From: Chrysomallon squamiferum
Taxonomy: Eukaryota; Animalia; Mollusca
Assembly: GCA_012295275.1 (NCBI GenBank)
Contig: CM022670.1
Span: forward strand, 4,402,001 to 4,466,000
DNA length: 64,000 nucleotides
Direction: 5' to 3'
Translations under genes and position numbers: made by a program
Shown: positions 26,703 to 40,628 of the stretch, piece by piece
Position numbering within the stretch: the first letter of the stretch is position 1
How the letters are laid out: each line of letters begins with the position of its first letter
Notes under the pieces: generated by a model
The model's database searches: none
What the model was told of the DNA's origin: nothing
Seen by the model: the letters and a program-made list of their open reading frames with translations, nothing else

Positions 26703-27237
26703 AATAATTCTATACGTTATTCAGTATTAATTATAGCAATTTAAAATGAAAGACGTTCATAGTCCTTTCATCGATTATTTGCCATTTTTGGCATTTCTTT
26801 CCTTCTTTTCTTTCTTTTTTCTTTCTTTTCTCCTACTTGTCTCTCTTTCAGCCTGTATCTCTTTTCCATACGTACAATTACACACGCACAAATACACACG
26901 CACACATATGTACGCACACATACACACATACATTCATGTTACATCTAGCCATTCCGTTCTGGTCCAGGAAAAAGAAAGAAAGAAAAAATAGTTTTAGAAT
27001 TTAGTTGATTGACTGTGCGATGTGGTTGGTGATAGTTATGCCACGTCCCATTTTTTGTTGTAAATCTCAGACAGCGTCGTCATTAGCAGACTAAAATGAT
27101 TCAGCGATCTTAAATGGCCGTTAATATGATCTAATCTTCTTTGTGGTACAGATTATACGAGTTGTTGTAATTAGGATGAAAAGGTACTTAATGCAGTGTT
27201 TCTGAAATGAACAATAACTCTCTCGTTTTTATCGTTT

Positions 27238-27280
<43 letters not shown>

Positions 27281-27327
27281 TTGTTATTCCATAATGATCG
27301 TGATGACAATGAAAAAAGATAATAAGT

Positions 27328-27332
<5 letters not shown>

Positions 27333-27410
<78 letters not shown>

Positions 27411-27488
27411 GTTACGGTTTTATGTTATTTATAATATATATATACATATATATCTATATATATATATATCTATATCTATATCTATCTA

Positions 27489-27553
<65 letters not shown>
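27333..27553. repeat. Compound (CT)n, (TA)n, (TCTA)n microsatellites
   Basis: Direct reading. Confidence 0.95.
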
Positions 27554-27556
<3 letters not shown>

Positions 27557-28269
27557 TCTTGCACAATCTTTATCTGCTTTCATTTCATTAGTGGTCTAAT
27601 TCGGAATATATTTCTTTGATACCAACCTGAATTAAATATATATATACAGTAAACATTAATTAACCGAGAAATAAGACACAATTCATATACAGTTTATTCT
27701 GGAAAACGTTCTGCCGCGCAGTTACAACATCTATGGCGTACTTGCGGTAAATATGTAACTAAAGAAAGCGTACAGCAAATTGAAGTAAACGGACGGCAGT
27801 TGTGCCAGAGAATAAACTGTTTGATTAGAGAGAGAAATGACGAAGTACAGAACCAGAAGCGAATGTCGGCGCACTTTGAAGTGTAACTAATTGCGCAGCC
27901 CGCACACAGTGACCCACAAAGTTGGGGTCTAATTTTCTCCATTGTCGAGTTTGTTGAGTTTAATTATTATCAAACACTCAATGCTCCTTAAGGGTCAAGA
28001 TTTATTAACTTGACTTAATAATTGATAACATGCTAGAGAGTATTTTAATTAATTGCCCAGGGATTTTAAACTATTAAATAAAGATATTACGACACTGGTT
28101 CTGTCGTCTCGAGAGAGGAGCCTGTTATTAACTTCGTTGAACATCTGTGGACATTGTGCAATATTTATTTCTATTTCATTTCTTTATTTTATTCAGCAAG
28201 TAATTATTGTAAGCACAGGAACATGGTACATATACTGTATTGATACGAGTACTATGACAAAAATGCATG

Positions 28270-28308
<39 letters not shown>

Positions 28309-29308
28309 CACACACACACATACATATATGTAAGTTAATTTAATATAAACTTTAAAATAATTACTCTGCAGTTAGTTTAAAAAAAACACACAAAATACGC
28401 ACGACAATAACAACACATGAACACACACAAACACAGAAGCTCATACAAAAACGTTCACACATGCAGCTTTACAGAATTACAAGCTCACATAAAAACATTT
28501 CTTCTTTAAATGTTTTATATTTTTCAACAGCGTATTCTCTGCCGCTTCAAAACGAAAATGAAATGAAAATATGAGTTTATCGATTGAAAACACAAACACC
28601 ATTTAACACTTGACCAAGACAATAAATTCTACAATTTCTCTTTATTTCCAGTCCACATGGATCAGTGTGTGTCATCTTCTCGCTTCGTCTATAAACAATG
28701 GTTATCTAACAGTTATTTCAATAAATCAACCACCATCTTCCCTTATTCCTCCATCCATTTAATGGAAAAAAAGAAGAAAAAAAAAAAGGATTAAGCTCAA
28801 ACTTGCTATGATAGAAGATAGTTTGTCAGAAATGATATCGAATTTTTATTAAACAACGAATTTGCTTCCTCCGTTTTTGTTACAGCAGATTGAGGCAGAC
28901 AGATTAAAACTGCGGTGAATCGAACCTACTCTACCCGGTAAATTGTCTGCTTTGATGTTCAATTATGGTTTGACATACTTCGATGCTTCTTTTTCTTTTC
29001 ATTTTTTTTTCCGTTTTACATTTTTTTTTGTCGGCTACGTAAATCGTTGCTTTCATTGTCAGGTTTAGCCTTTGATGTGATGTGTTTAGGATTTCACCAA
29101 GCATATTTTTCAATACAACGTTTTCCCATGCTTATTAGTTTATGGAATATCGAATATGTAAAATATATTTAGACTACAGGCGGCCCGCGGGCCTCTGATG
29201 ATGAACCGGCCAAGCATTAAACCTGTTTTGTATTGTTAGGTCTTCACGTACCTAATAATTCATGGACTATAGGTTTGTGAATACCGGCGCTGGCACAGAT
29301 TTGCTTTT

Positions 29309-29458
29309 TAAAGTGACAGTGTTGTTTTTCCAGTCGTAAATTTGGTCATCTGAATACGATTTTAGATTAACAGTGTTCTTTTTCTCTCGTAAACTTGGTC
29401 ATCTGAATACCCGTCTTTAAAGTACCCACTGTTATTTTTCTGTCATCGTAAATTTGCT
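29309..29458. repeat. Degenerate minisatellite, ~53-59 bp unit, about 3 copies
   Basis: TCGTAAAYTTGGTCATCTGAATAC at 29334-29357 and 29387-29410; partial third copy at 29446. Confidence 0.75.
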
Positions 29459-31814
29459 AATTTGACATTAAATCACCATGCTAGTTTGTTCGCGAGTCAT
29501 GTCCATCCAAATGTACGGTAGGCCGCCTTTTGGTGCCGGCATTCAATCGCGAGGCTCGCAAATAGCCAAATAATTGCATTAATACTATGTTTTATGGGCC
29601 ATTAGCTGCACGCGATAATAGCCCAATGTCACAATCCGCACCCTTCAAAACTGTTCGGATTGATCAACATTTCGTTCGAGTGGAAATCCACTGTTTTGTC
29701 TCGTAAATCTCGAATTGGTGACTTTCTCGAAAGACCTAGGTGTTACCCGTGGCAATAAAACTTCTTTTTCTCTATCCACAGCGACAATGAAACCAGCACT
29801 AAGAACAAAGAGACAAAGTCTTAATGTGTCTTAGATTGCTCGTATATTCTCATTAGAAAGAACAATGTGACCGCTAGACCTTTTCTTCTGCTGATAATTT
29901 ACCACTTTTGCCTGTCCAATCATTTGCTAACTGGAGCCCTAGAGGCGTTTTTTTCTTCTTCACGTCTTCAAAAGCTGCTGTTCTGTTTGCCTTCCAACAA
30001 CGACAACACCCAAACCATAAGATTCTTCTTGTTTCAACATACCGGTCCCGGAAGTTGCAGCTGTTTATTTTTAATTGAACTTTTAACATGAATAATGTCA
30101 TACATAATTGGATCAAACAGATATAAATGGTAAACGCTATATGAATGGCATATTTCTGTTTCATCTGATAATGCTTAATAAGATATGGCTAAGACGATTT
30201 GAATGAAATTTCAGAAAACTAGAACCGTGGTCAGTTAATTTTAAATTGCATCTGCTTTCTGTTCCCCCAGATATATCCTAATGGGAGAGTAATTAAAAAA
30301 ATGTATGTTACTTTCAAATTTTATCTCGAACATTGATTTTTGTATTCCTCTGTGAAGTAGTCCCATCAGGTTTTTTGGATATTTTCAATAATTGTACGAC
30401 ATATGCCTGCGAGAGACATTTCCGTTTTATTTTGCAAATGACGTTATCAATCAATAGTTATAAAATTTAGTTAACCAAAAATGATGTCCTCAAACTTTTC
30501 TAAGGAAAGAAAATCAATCCTGTACTCGAAAATATTTATGTGACAAAATACGTCCCCTTGCTCTTCACAATCTTCTGTCCATATTAATGTCTGATTAGAT
30601 TTAATCTTGCGTTTCATAACACTGACACAAGTAAGCTGACCTTTTCATAGTGTTTAGAAAAGTAGATACCGACAAACTGTATCTTTAATTATTATTATTA
30701 TTTTCTTTATTTCATTTTTTTTTTAATTCTTTAATTTATTTCTTTTTTTCTTTTTTTCTTTTCTTTTCTTTTTTCTTTCTTATTTGTCTTCAAAGCAACT
30801 TGCAGTATAATTAAAAAAAAAAAAATAATAATAATAATAATAATTAAAAAAAATATGAATGAATTCAACGCCAAATGGTTTTCTAGTCAGATTTTGGATC
30901 TATCCATTATTTTTCTGAAGTAATCACTGATTCAATTCACTGCACAAGATTCTGTCTAGCGTTCTGATTAATCTTCTGACTTCTTACTTTCTCTTCTTTT
31001 TTTTCTTCTCTCCACCTATCATGGCGTCGCCTAGACGAATCATTTGAACCAACACGTCGACAAATCGGACAGTTCCTGTGTGAATTATATATGTCAGCAA
31101 TGCTCGGCTGAATTTTATGGTGGCATAATTTGTGATCAAACGTGTCATCGGTCAAACTGCACACTATCTGGACAGGTTGTGTGGGGGACAGTGCAGTAAA
31201 CGCCGTGTTTGAGTTAATTAATGTGTTAATGAACAAAAGCCGAATGTACAAGCACCTCTTTGAGTTATTGCTTGGTCAAACTAATATGGCTACTTTTCGT
31301 TCTGTTGTCTTATTATTATATTATTTTTTTTGGAACAGTTTAAGATTTATCGTGGAATTCGTGTGTCACTATGGCACAGACTGTCATCTGATTTCTTAAT
31401 AATTGTTTGTGTGCAGGTCTAAACAGGTACTTTGTTATGTTTCAGTTTTGTTTGTTAGTTTATACGTGTTACGGAAATTATAGTTAAATTAATGAGAATG
31501 ACATTCACAGCTTTTGTGAAAGCTAAAAGTAAACTGAAAATCTAACATAAAGGTAAATATATTCTGTAGCTGTACTATTAATATTAAATATAACTGATTA
31601 TAATTCAAAAAGAAAAGAATAAAAAGTAAACTGAAAATAAATAAATGAAATTAAAATAATAATTAAAATAAAAAAAAAAAAAAATTAAAAATATTCAGTT
31701 GTCTCAGAAATTTAGCGTATTTTTTATATTTTTTTTTGGCGGTATCAAATTATTTACCCTTAATTATTTTTCAGTTTATAAATAATATGTGTATATAAAA
31801 AAATAAATAAATTA

Positions 31815-31861
<47 letters not shown>

Positions 31862-32905
31862 GATCTTTTCTTTTCTATCTTTATTTGTTTGTTTTTTGTT
31901 TTTTTTTTTTTTTAAAATTTGGGGGGGGTTGTTGTTTTTTTGTTCATTTACATCAAAGGTTTATTCCCATACTAATAATATTTTCACCACTGTCAATATG
32001 AGTCCCAAAAGTGCGCTGAAACGATTACTTACGGGTCACCTACTAGGGGGAAAAACCCGAAATGTTTCCTTTTGACGCGTAGAAAATAAAACATTTCGAA
32101 TTAGGCCATTACTTGAATCCTGCAGCCGCGGTTTTTACACGATTATGACGCAGAGAACAGAGCCATTATACGTGCGACGGGGAGACCATTTCGGAATTAG
32201 TGTCGATGTTTGTTGCAGCGATTGCCGTTGAAATAAACCACCGTCCGGGCGAGATTGCGTGAGTTTCTCGGCTGCGGTGCGTCGCAACAGCGGGAGGAAA
32301 TTTGCGATGTACAAGAGCTCGCCAATCCGTGGGGATCGCTGTGACAACTGATAATTCCAATGACAAATTTAATCTCCGTTTAATTCTCTTTAATGTCCCG
32401 CTGCAGTCGTTGGGGGGAAATAAGTGAGATATAAGTCGAGCTCTACTTCAATTCATCTAAAACAAATTACGGTAATGCCTCGATGTGGGATGTAGCCAGA
32501 CGTGACTGAATTATTTTGACTTGGAGTCTTTAAATATTGACTGCTTTAGAGAATTGGAATTTGTTCTTGCTTTTCTTTTTCTTCGCTGTAAAATTATGTT
32601 ATCGTGATGGCTCGCTGGGAATTGTTAGTGCAAAAAAAGAAGATTTAGAAATAAGATTAATATTGATTTGTTGTTTCTTTTTTTCTTCTTCTACGTAATA
32701 GTGTTGGTTTATGATGGTTGATTTTAGTACGTTATATAAAATAATAATAAAATGATAAAAATCGGAGTTTGACAGCAGATAATTGTAATAATGTTTGATT
32801 TACTTGTCAAATAAAAGATTACTGCTGGTATTTATCTTAAATAGGGAAAATAACTGAAATGTAATGTCTCCGTAATAATAATGCCAGAGTTTAGAAATTT
32901 CTTTG

Positions 32906-32945
<40 letters not shown>

Positions 32946-35218
32946 GAGGGATTTGAATATTTCCTTCCTAGCTCTGTTGAATACATACATATACTTTATT
33001 ATTTATGTCAATAGATGTACATACTTTCATAAAATAAAGTGGTCGTCTTTATTCGTGAAAAACATGAAGCACACGACTGTATAAATTATGTATGATTGGT
33101 AACGAGGCTTAGCGTTTAATAAGGAATTTTATAGTCAAAACTGTACAAGTAAAGACAGCAGTATTATACTTAATAAAAAAAAAAAGAGTAACATTAAAAT
33201 GATGATGATGATGATGATGACTGATGATGTGATTATGATCAGAACAATAGTGATGATGTAAAAATGGCTGTATAATAATTTGGATGATAGAAATATACTG
33301 ATGATTTGAAGATATTAATGACGATGATGATGATGATGAAACTTAGGATGGTGATAATGAAATTGAAAAAAAAACTGAAACAAAGAAAGAAGAAAAACTA
33401 CAAAAAGCTTCTCTTATCCATCTTTAAAACAAAAAACAAAAAAAAAAAAAACTGAATTAAAAACAGCATCTGCTAGACTATATTTCGGCAGCTGTAACTT
33501 TAGCTCTCTTTCTTATTGGTCGGCAATCTAATGAAGTTTCGGTTTAATTTAAATTGTAATATCCCAAAACACGATATTCAGTAAATACAATACTTTATTT
33601 ACCGTGGCATTTTCCGAGTTCGACTTGTCTAAAGACTGGCGACTTCACTGACAAATATTTGTGGGATTATTCAATGAAAGACTTTAACACCATATTCACC
33701 CCAAACGGCGTCTTTATCCGTAAGCAAACAGTGACTTTTGTGCGGCCAGTAATCTTCAACCAATAACGCGTTGAATGGGAAAGTGGTTTCTAGCCATTGA
33801 AACAATTTTTCATGATTATGATAACAAAGGACATTTGAATAATCCAATATCATCGACACTCGGAGATATATTGGTAACAGTCGGGTGTTTTGGGTGACTT
33901 AGAGAGGTGTAAGAACGCACGCAAGTCAAAGATAAAGCACGAATCCTAATGCCAAAGAGAGAGGTCGATTGGTTTTTTTCCCTTGTTTTTGGAAGAAAAG
34001 CTTCACCTGCTATAATATATTAAATTTTTCATATATAAAAAGGAGGTTTTACTTTTCTGACATTTTGTGTTACCAAGCAGGTATGTAGCATTATCTATAA
34101 TTTTATTAATATTTAAAGATGTATATGCTGAACTCGAGAAATGATGACCAATGTAAAAGGTATTAATAAATTAATTAAATAATTAACAGACTAACTAACT
34201 ACCTAATCAAATAAATAAATATATAAATAAACAGATAAACAAATTAATTTAATTTAATTAAATTATTAAATAAATAAATAAAGAAGAAAGGAAGTGAGCC
34301 AGGAAATTAAGTAAACAAACAAACAAACAAAGAAGCAAACAAACCCAAACCACGTCTATGAAAATTATGAAAACTTCTAGTTAATATTTTATTACTATGC
34401 TTTTATAATATATTCTTTCTCCTTTCTTCACTAAATGCTTCTTGTTACTGAAATCTAGCTGTCTCGTTCAACTTTCGGCTTGAAAAATGTGAACATAGCC
34501 TTCGGGGAAGCGACGAACACGTTTTAAAATTTTATTACAATGACCCCGAGGTTTTCTCTTCTGTTTATAAATCCCAGTACAGTTGATATCTACCTTTAAT
34601 CAAAGAGTAGAAAAAACAAAACAATAATGATATAGAAGGGCGAGGTAGAAAAGGGTAAATAACTCCAAGGCAATGATGTCTGAAGCGACCATGTTGGCTT
34701 GTTGATAGATGATAATATTTAAGATAAGCACCCTTAGTGTCAGATTCAGACAAGACACAGAATGAAAAAAATAAATAGAATCTAAGAGCAACAGTAGCTG
34801 CTTTTGTTGTTTCTGAAAACGATGACGCGATATGGAGATAGTTTGGATTCATCACCAAAGGCAAAACAAATGTATATTTAGTTTTACGTTTAACTTTAAG
34901 CGACAATCATAATTTGTATCTTGTAGGTATAAAAAAGTATCTATGGTATTTGTGTGAGATTTTGCAGTTATGATGTAGTGGTAGTTTTGAACGCTAGTTT
35001 CACATAAAAGTATAACTTGAATGTGGGCAAAATACATATATATTTATTTTTAAAAAACGGCACTGCATCATCATCATCATTATTATTATTGTTGTTGTTG
35101 TTGTTATTATTACAGTTATTATCATTGAAGTTGCCATTGTCGTCGTCATTATGCTTTATTTTATATTTTTTTCTACATTTTATAATTTGAGTTGTCGCCT
35201 TTATTATTATTATTATTG

Positions 35219-35265
<47 letters not shown>

Positions 35266-35355
35266 GTTATTATTATTGTTATTATTATTTCAGACTGTTA
35301 AAACCCAGTAAATGAACGATAAGGAGGAACTACTTTTCTGAAAGGACGACTCATC

Positions 35356-38100
35356 ATGCCTTTCACTCATCATTCATCCTTCATTCTGATTCTCTGTTTG
35401 GTCGTCATCCAGTCTACCACATCGAACCAAAACGACGTCATCTTCCATCTTCTGGAGCAGAAAGCTGCAGGATCGTTTGTCGGCAATGTCTCGGAAGCAA
35501 GCGGCATCACAAAGCAACTTGAAAGCAGTGTTCTGCAGACCTTACGTTACAGCTTTCTGAATCCAAACACGCTTGAAACGGCATCCATGTTCAGCATTAA
35601 TCGCAGAAATGGAGCCATTTTCTCCACGGCCATGATAGACAGGGAAGAGGTTTGCTCGTCTGCGCCTCCTTGCGAAATCGTCTTTGACGTGACCGTCCTG
35701 TCTAACATCACCTCGCTGCTGAAGATAATAACTGTAAAGATAATAATAGATGACATTAATGACAACGCTCCGCAGTTTATTCCCAGTGAAGTTACAAAGA
35801 GTATTGTAGAATCGGAGCTGACTGGAAGAACCATTCAGCTACATGAAGCTGTCGACAGAGACACGGGTGCAAATAATTCTGTCAAATCGTATGAAATCGC
35901 AACTAATCAAGATATGTTCCAGATTAAAGTTGACACCAAACTGGACGGCAGTACAAATCTAAAAGTTGTTATCCTTAAATCTTTAGACAGAGAAAAACAG
36001 AGCAATTATACGTTCATAGTCATTGCTACTGATGGCGGTATTCCACAAAGAACTGGAACACTCACAGTTCACTTAAACGTGACAGATTACAATGACATGA
36101 TTCCAGTGTTTGATAAAAGCATTTACAATATTACCGTTAATGAAACTAGTGCTATAAATGCTGTGGTTGGGATAGTGACAGCAACAGATGGAGACACAGG
36201 AAGGAATGCTGAAATCAGGTACAAGTTTAGTTCAACAAGATCATCAAGGATAGAAGAACTGTTTTCTCTAGATTCAGTCAGTGGAGAACTAAGGGTTAAG
36301 AAGCCTCTGCAATATGAATCAGGAAAACAGTTCGAATCGTTCGTTGAGGCAGGCGATCTTGGCCAGCCACCTCTAGCATCTCAAGCAAAAATCATGATAA
36401 CGGTTCTGGATGTGGGCAATACTGCTCCTAAACTGGAGCTGATATTAACTGCAGCCGTCTATTCTGACACCGTTCTTTTATCTGAAGCATCCAGAGTAGG
36501 TACATTTGTCGGTCATGTTAAGATACAAGATACAGATTCCGGTCCAAACGGGATTGTGAATTGTCAGGCAATGGACAATAGTTTTATTGTTGAAGAACTC
36601 GAAGGGAAAGGATTTGCAATTCTTACAAGCAAAATGTTGGACAGAGAGATTAAAGCACAGCATAATGTCACCATTTTCTGCAGCGACAACGGCCAACCCA
36701 GTATGAGTGCAAAAGTAAGCTTTCTCGTCATTGTTACAGACGTCAACGACAACACTCCTGTGTTCAAGAATAAAACATATTATGCTAATCTTACTGAGAA
36801 TTCATCTTCATCGTTTCTTGTCAAAGTTGTGGCAGTTGATAGAGATCTTGGACTAAATGCAGAATTATCTTATTCACTTAGCAATGACGTAGCTTCTGCC
36901 TTTTCTGTCGATTCCCGGACTGGAGTTATTTCATCTGTTAAAGTGTTTGATAGAGAAACTCTTTCTAAAGTATTTTTCATTGTCAGAGCTGTTGACCATG
37001 GAAGCGATGCACTGACGGGATCTGCTACAGTTATAGTTAATATCCTCGATGAGAACGACAACAAACCAGAATTCCCTTCCACCCCGCTGAAACTTTACGT
37101 GCCAGAAATGCTATCGGCAGGGAAAAGTGTTGGTCGGGTACTGGCAACAGATAGAGACCAAGGACGCAATTCAGAGATTGAATACAGATTGCTGTCTACT
37201 GGCAGAGAGTTTCCATTCGTTGTGTTTTCTAATGGTATTATTCGAACAGATAGAAAATTAAACAGGACTGTGAAATCGCAGTACAGATTTCGAGTTATTG
37301 CAGCAGACAAAGGCCAACCTCCTTTAAGTTCAACGGGCGAGGTGGCCATATTTGTTGAAGATGTGAATAACCATAAACCTGTATTTGTTTTCCCTAACGA
37401 CAATGACAATACCGTAACCATACTCTCTGAATCTGTGCCAGGTACCAACATCAGTCAAGTGTCAGCAACCGACTCGGATGAGGGAATTAATGCCAGGATT
37501 TCCTATTTCATCGTCGACGGTAACAAAGGCGAATTGTTCGCAATCATCGAACACTCAGGCGAGATAATTCTGAACAGAAAAATAACTCTTAAAGACGACA
37601 GCCATTATGAACTCGTCATCAAGGCTAAAGATGGAGGACGACCACAACAGGAATCACAAACAACTCTTTACATTAAAATAACGTTCACCAACTTCACCAT
37701 CGCTCAGAACAAAGCTGCCGAAGCCGAAGCCAGGAGATACATGGTCATTGCCGGCGTCGTTGCTGGCATTACCCTCGTCATTTCTGTAGTCATTGTATCT
37801 GTTATACTCTTCATCAGAAGGACTGACTTCAGCCGAAGACAGCACGCCGTAAAATCCAGTGCAGAAGAAGATGCCAGAGCGCAACCAGATGTCAGTAACT
37901 GGCAAGACGGGAACAGCTGTGAAGACATCAAGTCAGGATTCCGAGATTCGAATAAAAGTATTGAAAGACTTTACAAGCGTAAAATTGACCAGACATTTGA
38001 GTTGGAACCAGCTGAAAGCGGCCAAGTGGCACCAGATTCTTATTATCCACAAACAGCTCTCCATCGTTACGGCAATCAGGACTTCTTTACATTTGGAAAG
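35356..38100 (+). CDS. Protocadherin large exon (ectodomain, TM, proximal tail; 915 codons)
   Basis: ORF 35356-38130; acceptor tttcag ending 35293; donor AAG|GTGAGA at 38101. A single-exon ectodomain is typical of protocadherins. Confidence 0.96.
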
Positions 38101-38137
38101 GTGAGAGTCAAGATTTCATTAATATTCTAATTTATTA

Positions 38138-38183
<46 letters not shown>

Positions 38184-38214
38184 GTTGTTATTATTATTAT
38201 TATTGTTGTTGTTA

Positions 38215-38306
<92 letters not shown>

Positions 38307-38639
38307 TTTTCTCTCGCTATCTGGTGTGAACAGCAGTCTCACAATTATCTGACGATTTCTTCACCATGTATCCACCTCCATTGACGAGACAGGTGGGCTT
38401 AGTACCACCCACCATCAGTTCACGGTCGGATACGAAGTGGCCTGAATCACGGTTTATTTGTCAAACCGATCAGTACGTGTGTTTGTAGCAGTCCCATGAT
38501 GTCGCATCATTAAAGTCTTTTCAGAGATAATCTTGCTTTTCCTTTCATGAACTCTCCCTTCTATGAGACGAGATTAAAGAACAAGCGAAGAAAAAAATAT
38601 CTAAATAAACGACTGATTTGACCAATTTGACGAGTACAC

Positions 38640-38685
<46 letters not shown>

Positions 38686-40564
38686 ATTTATCTATTTCTA
38701 ATTTCTAGCCAAACACGTTGATTTCATCCTTTCTCAAAACTCAAAACATATAATAAAGGATACAATACACCATGCCTTGATAATTATAACTTGATAATTT
38801 CAGTGAAGGAACATTTACGATACTAAATGCAAATCTGTATTATAAACATATCAGATTGATGATGTACACACTGAAATGTCAGTTGTAAACTGATTACACC
38901 TGTCACAATATGAAGTGCTTCCTTCATTTTGTAATGTAGTACAATTCCCTCGGTGCTGCCATCTGCTCTTCTTTGGAAGTGGCGAACCTCCCCAAGCATA
39001 TAACATCATGATGTAATGAATATTGAGATTACGTCATCAATGGATTTCAGAATGCTCGCTCACTCTCTCGAGAATATATATATATATATATTACTACTAC
39101 AACTGCTGCTGCTACTGCTTCTATTACTACCACTACTACCATTACCACTACTACTACTACTACAGTTCCTTTTACTATTAAAACTTCTGCTACCACCGTC
39201 ACTACTATTACCGTTACAACATTACTGTTACTCTGTCTACTACTGTGATAGCTCTGTAACTATTACTACTATTTTTGCTGCCTGTACTATTACTATTACA
39301 ACTTTTCAAGCAGTTCTACTCCTGCTTCTGTTACCAAAATTACCACAATTACTACATCTGTCTATTACAGCATCACTTCTAGAATTACTACTGCTACCGC
39401 TATTACCCTCCCCTAACTATTACTATTACATTTACTAATACTATTGCTACTACTGTTCCACTACTAGTAACGCTGCTGCTGCTGCTATTACTGCTACTAC
39501 CACTACTACTTCTACTGCCACTGCCGCTACAAATCTACACTTCCAGTCCTTTAATGCTACGGCCTCCTAGCTTTAATATTACTGTCATAGATTAACAATC
39601 TGCAATAATTCTGTGTCTACAGGATCATAAAACGACCGGATAATTTCTGTATTAATTTCGTTTTTACTGCTTACACGGGAGTTCTCAATGCATAGACAAG
39701 TGTTGCAGACTGAAGAAGGACTTAGCTTAAGTGCGCGAAGAACTGCCATGAACTTTTAGCGAACTCTGAATTAGAATCGACTCATGCATAATGGAGCCAT
39801 TTCCTTACCCAGTTTATTGAAATTGCAACCCCCGACTACATGCTCCTTTCATCACAGTGTTGACACACCGCACGTGTAATGCATGCCGCTTCCATGCGGC
39901 TGCATCAAGTTCCCTTACATGACTCATAGAATTCCCTTAACTGGTGGCATTTTTTTTTCTTTTTCTCCGTTTTCGAACCTAAGCCCGATATGTCGATACG
40001 GCGGTGGCAATTTTCATCTCGATCTTTTCCTGTTGGGATTGTTTCTTCAAACTGGCATCTTCCGTCGAGAACTGGCGTGTGACATCAATGGTGCTTTCAC
40101 TCCTGACACCGACCATAAACGGATTATACTCCAGTGACTCACATATCAAACGGTGAGCGGGGGCACCTCCGTTTCAAGCAGAGACGCTTTTACTTTCCAC
40201 TGGGGATTTGCTGCAATTTCATTTTGGAAGAGATTTTTTTTTATGAATTTTTTTTTTTTTTTTTTTTTTATGTGTAGCGATCTTTTTAGTGTTTTTTTTT
40301 TTTTTTTTTAATCTCCTTTCCATTTCCTTCAAAAAGACGACATTAGGAATGAGATTTAATCGGTAGTTAAATCACGCATAAAACTCAGACCTTATGGTTA
40401 AATTACATAACAGCGAGGACTGCGTGTGTTTTCTAAATTATATAATGGGTTCACTCTCTAGTGATTTGCTTTTCTGTGTTTGTCCGTACGTCCCTTTAAT
40501 TATTATTATTTTGTTTTTCTGTTGTTGTTATTATTATTATTTTATTTATTCAGTTTTTTTTTAA

Positions 40565-40628
<64 letters not shown>

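Noticed and set aside
35547-37931. Minus-strand ORFs overlapping the protocadherin exon
   Set aside because: Antisense shadows of a long coding exon with no recognisable domains.
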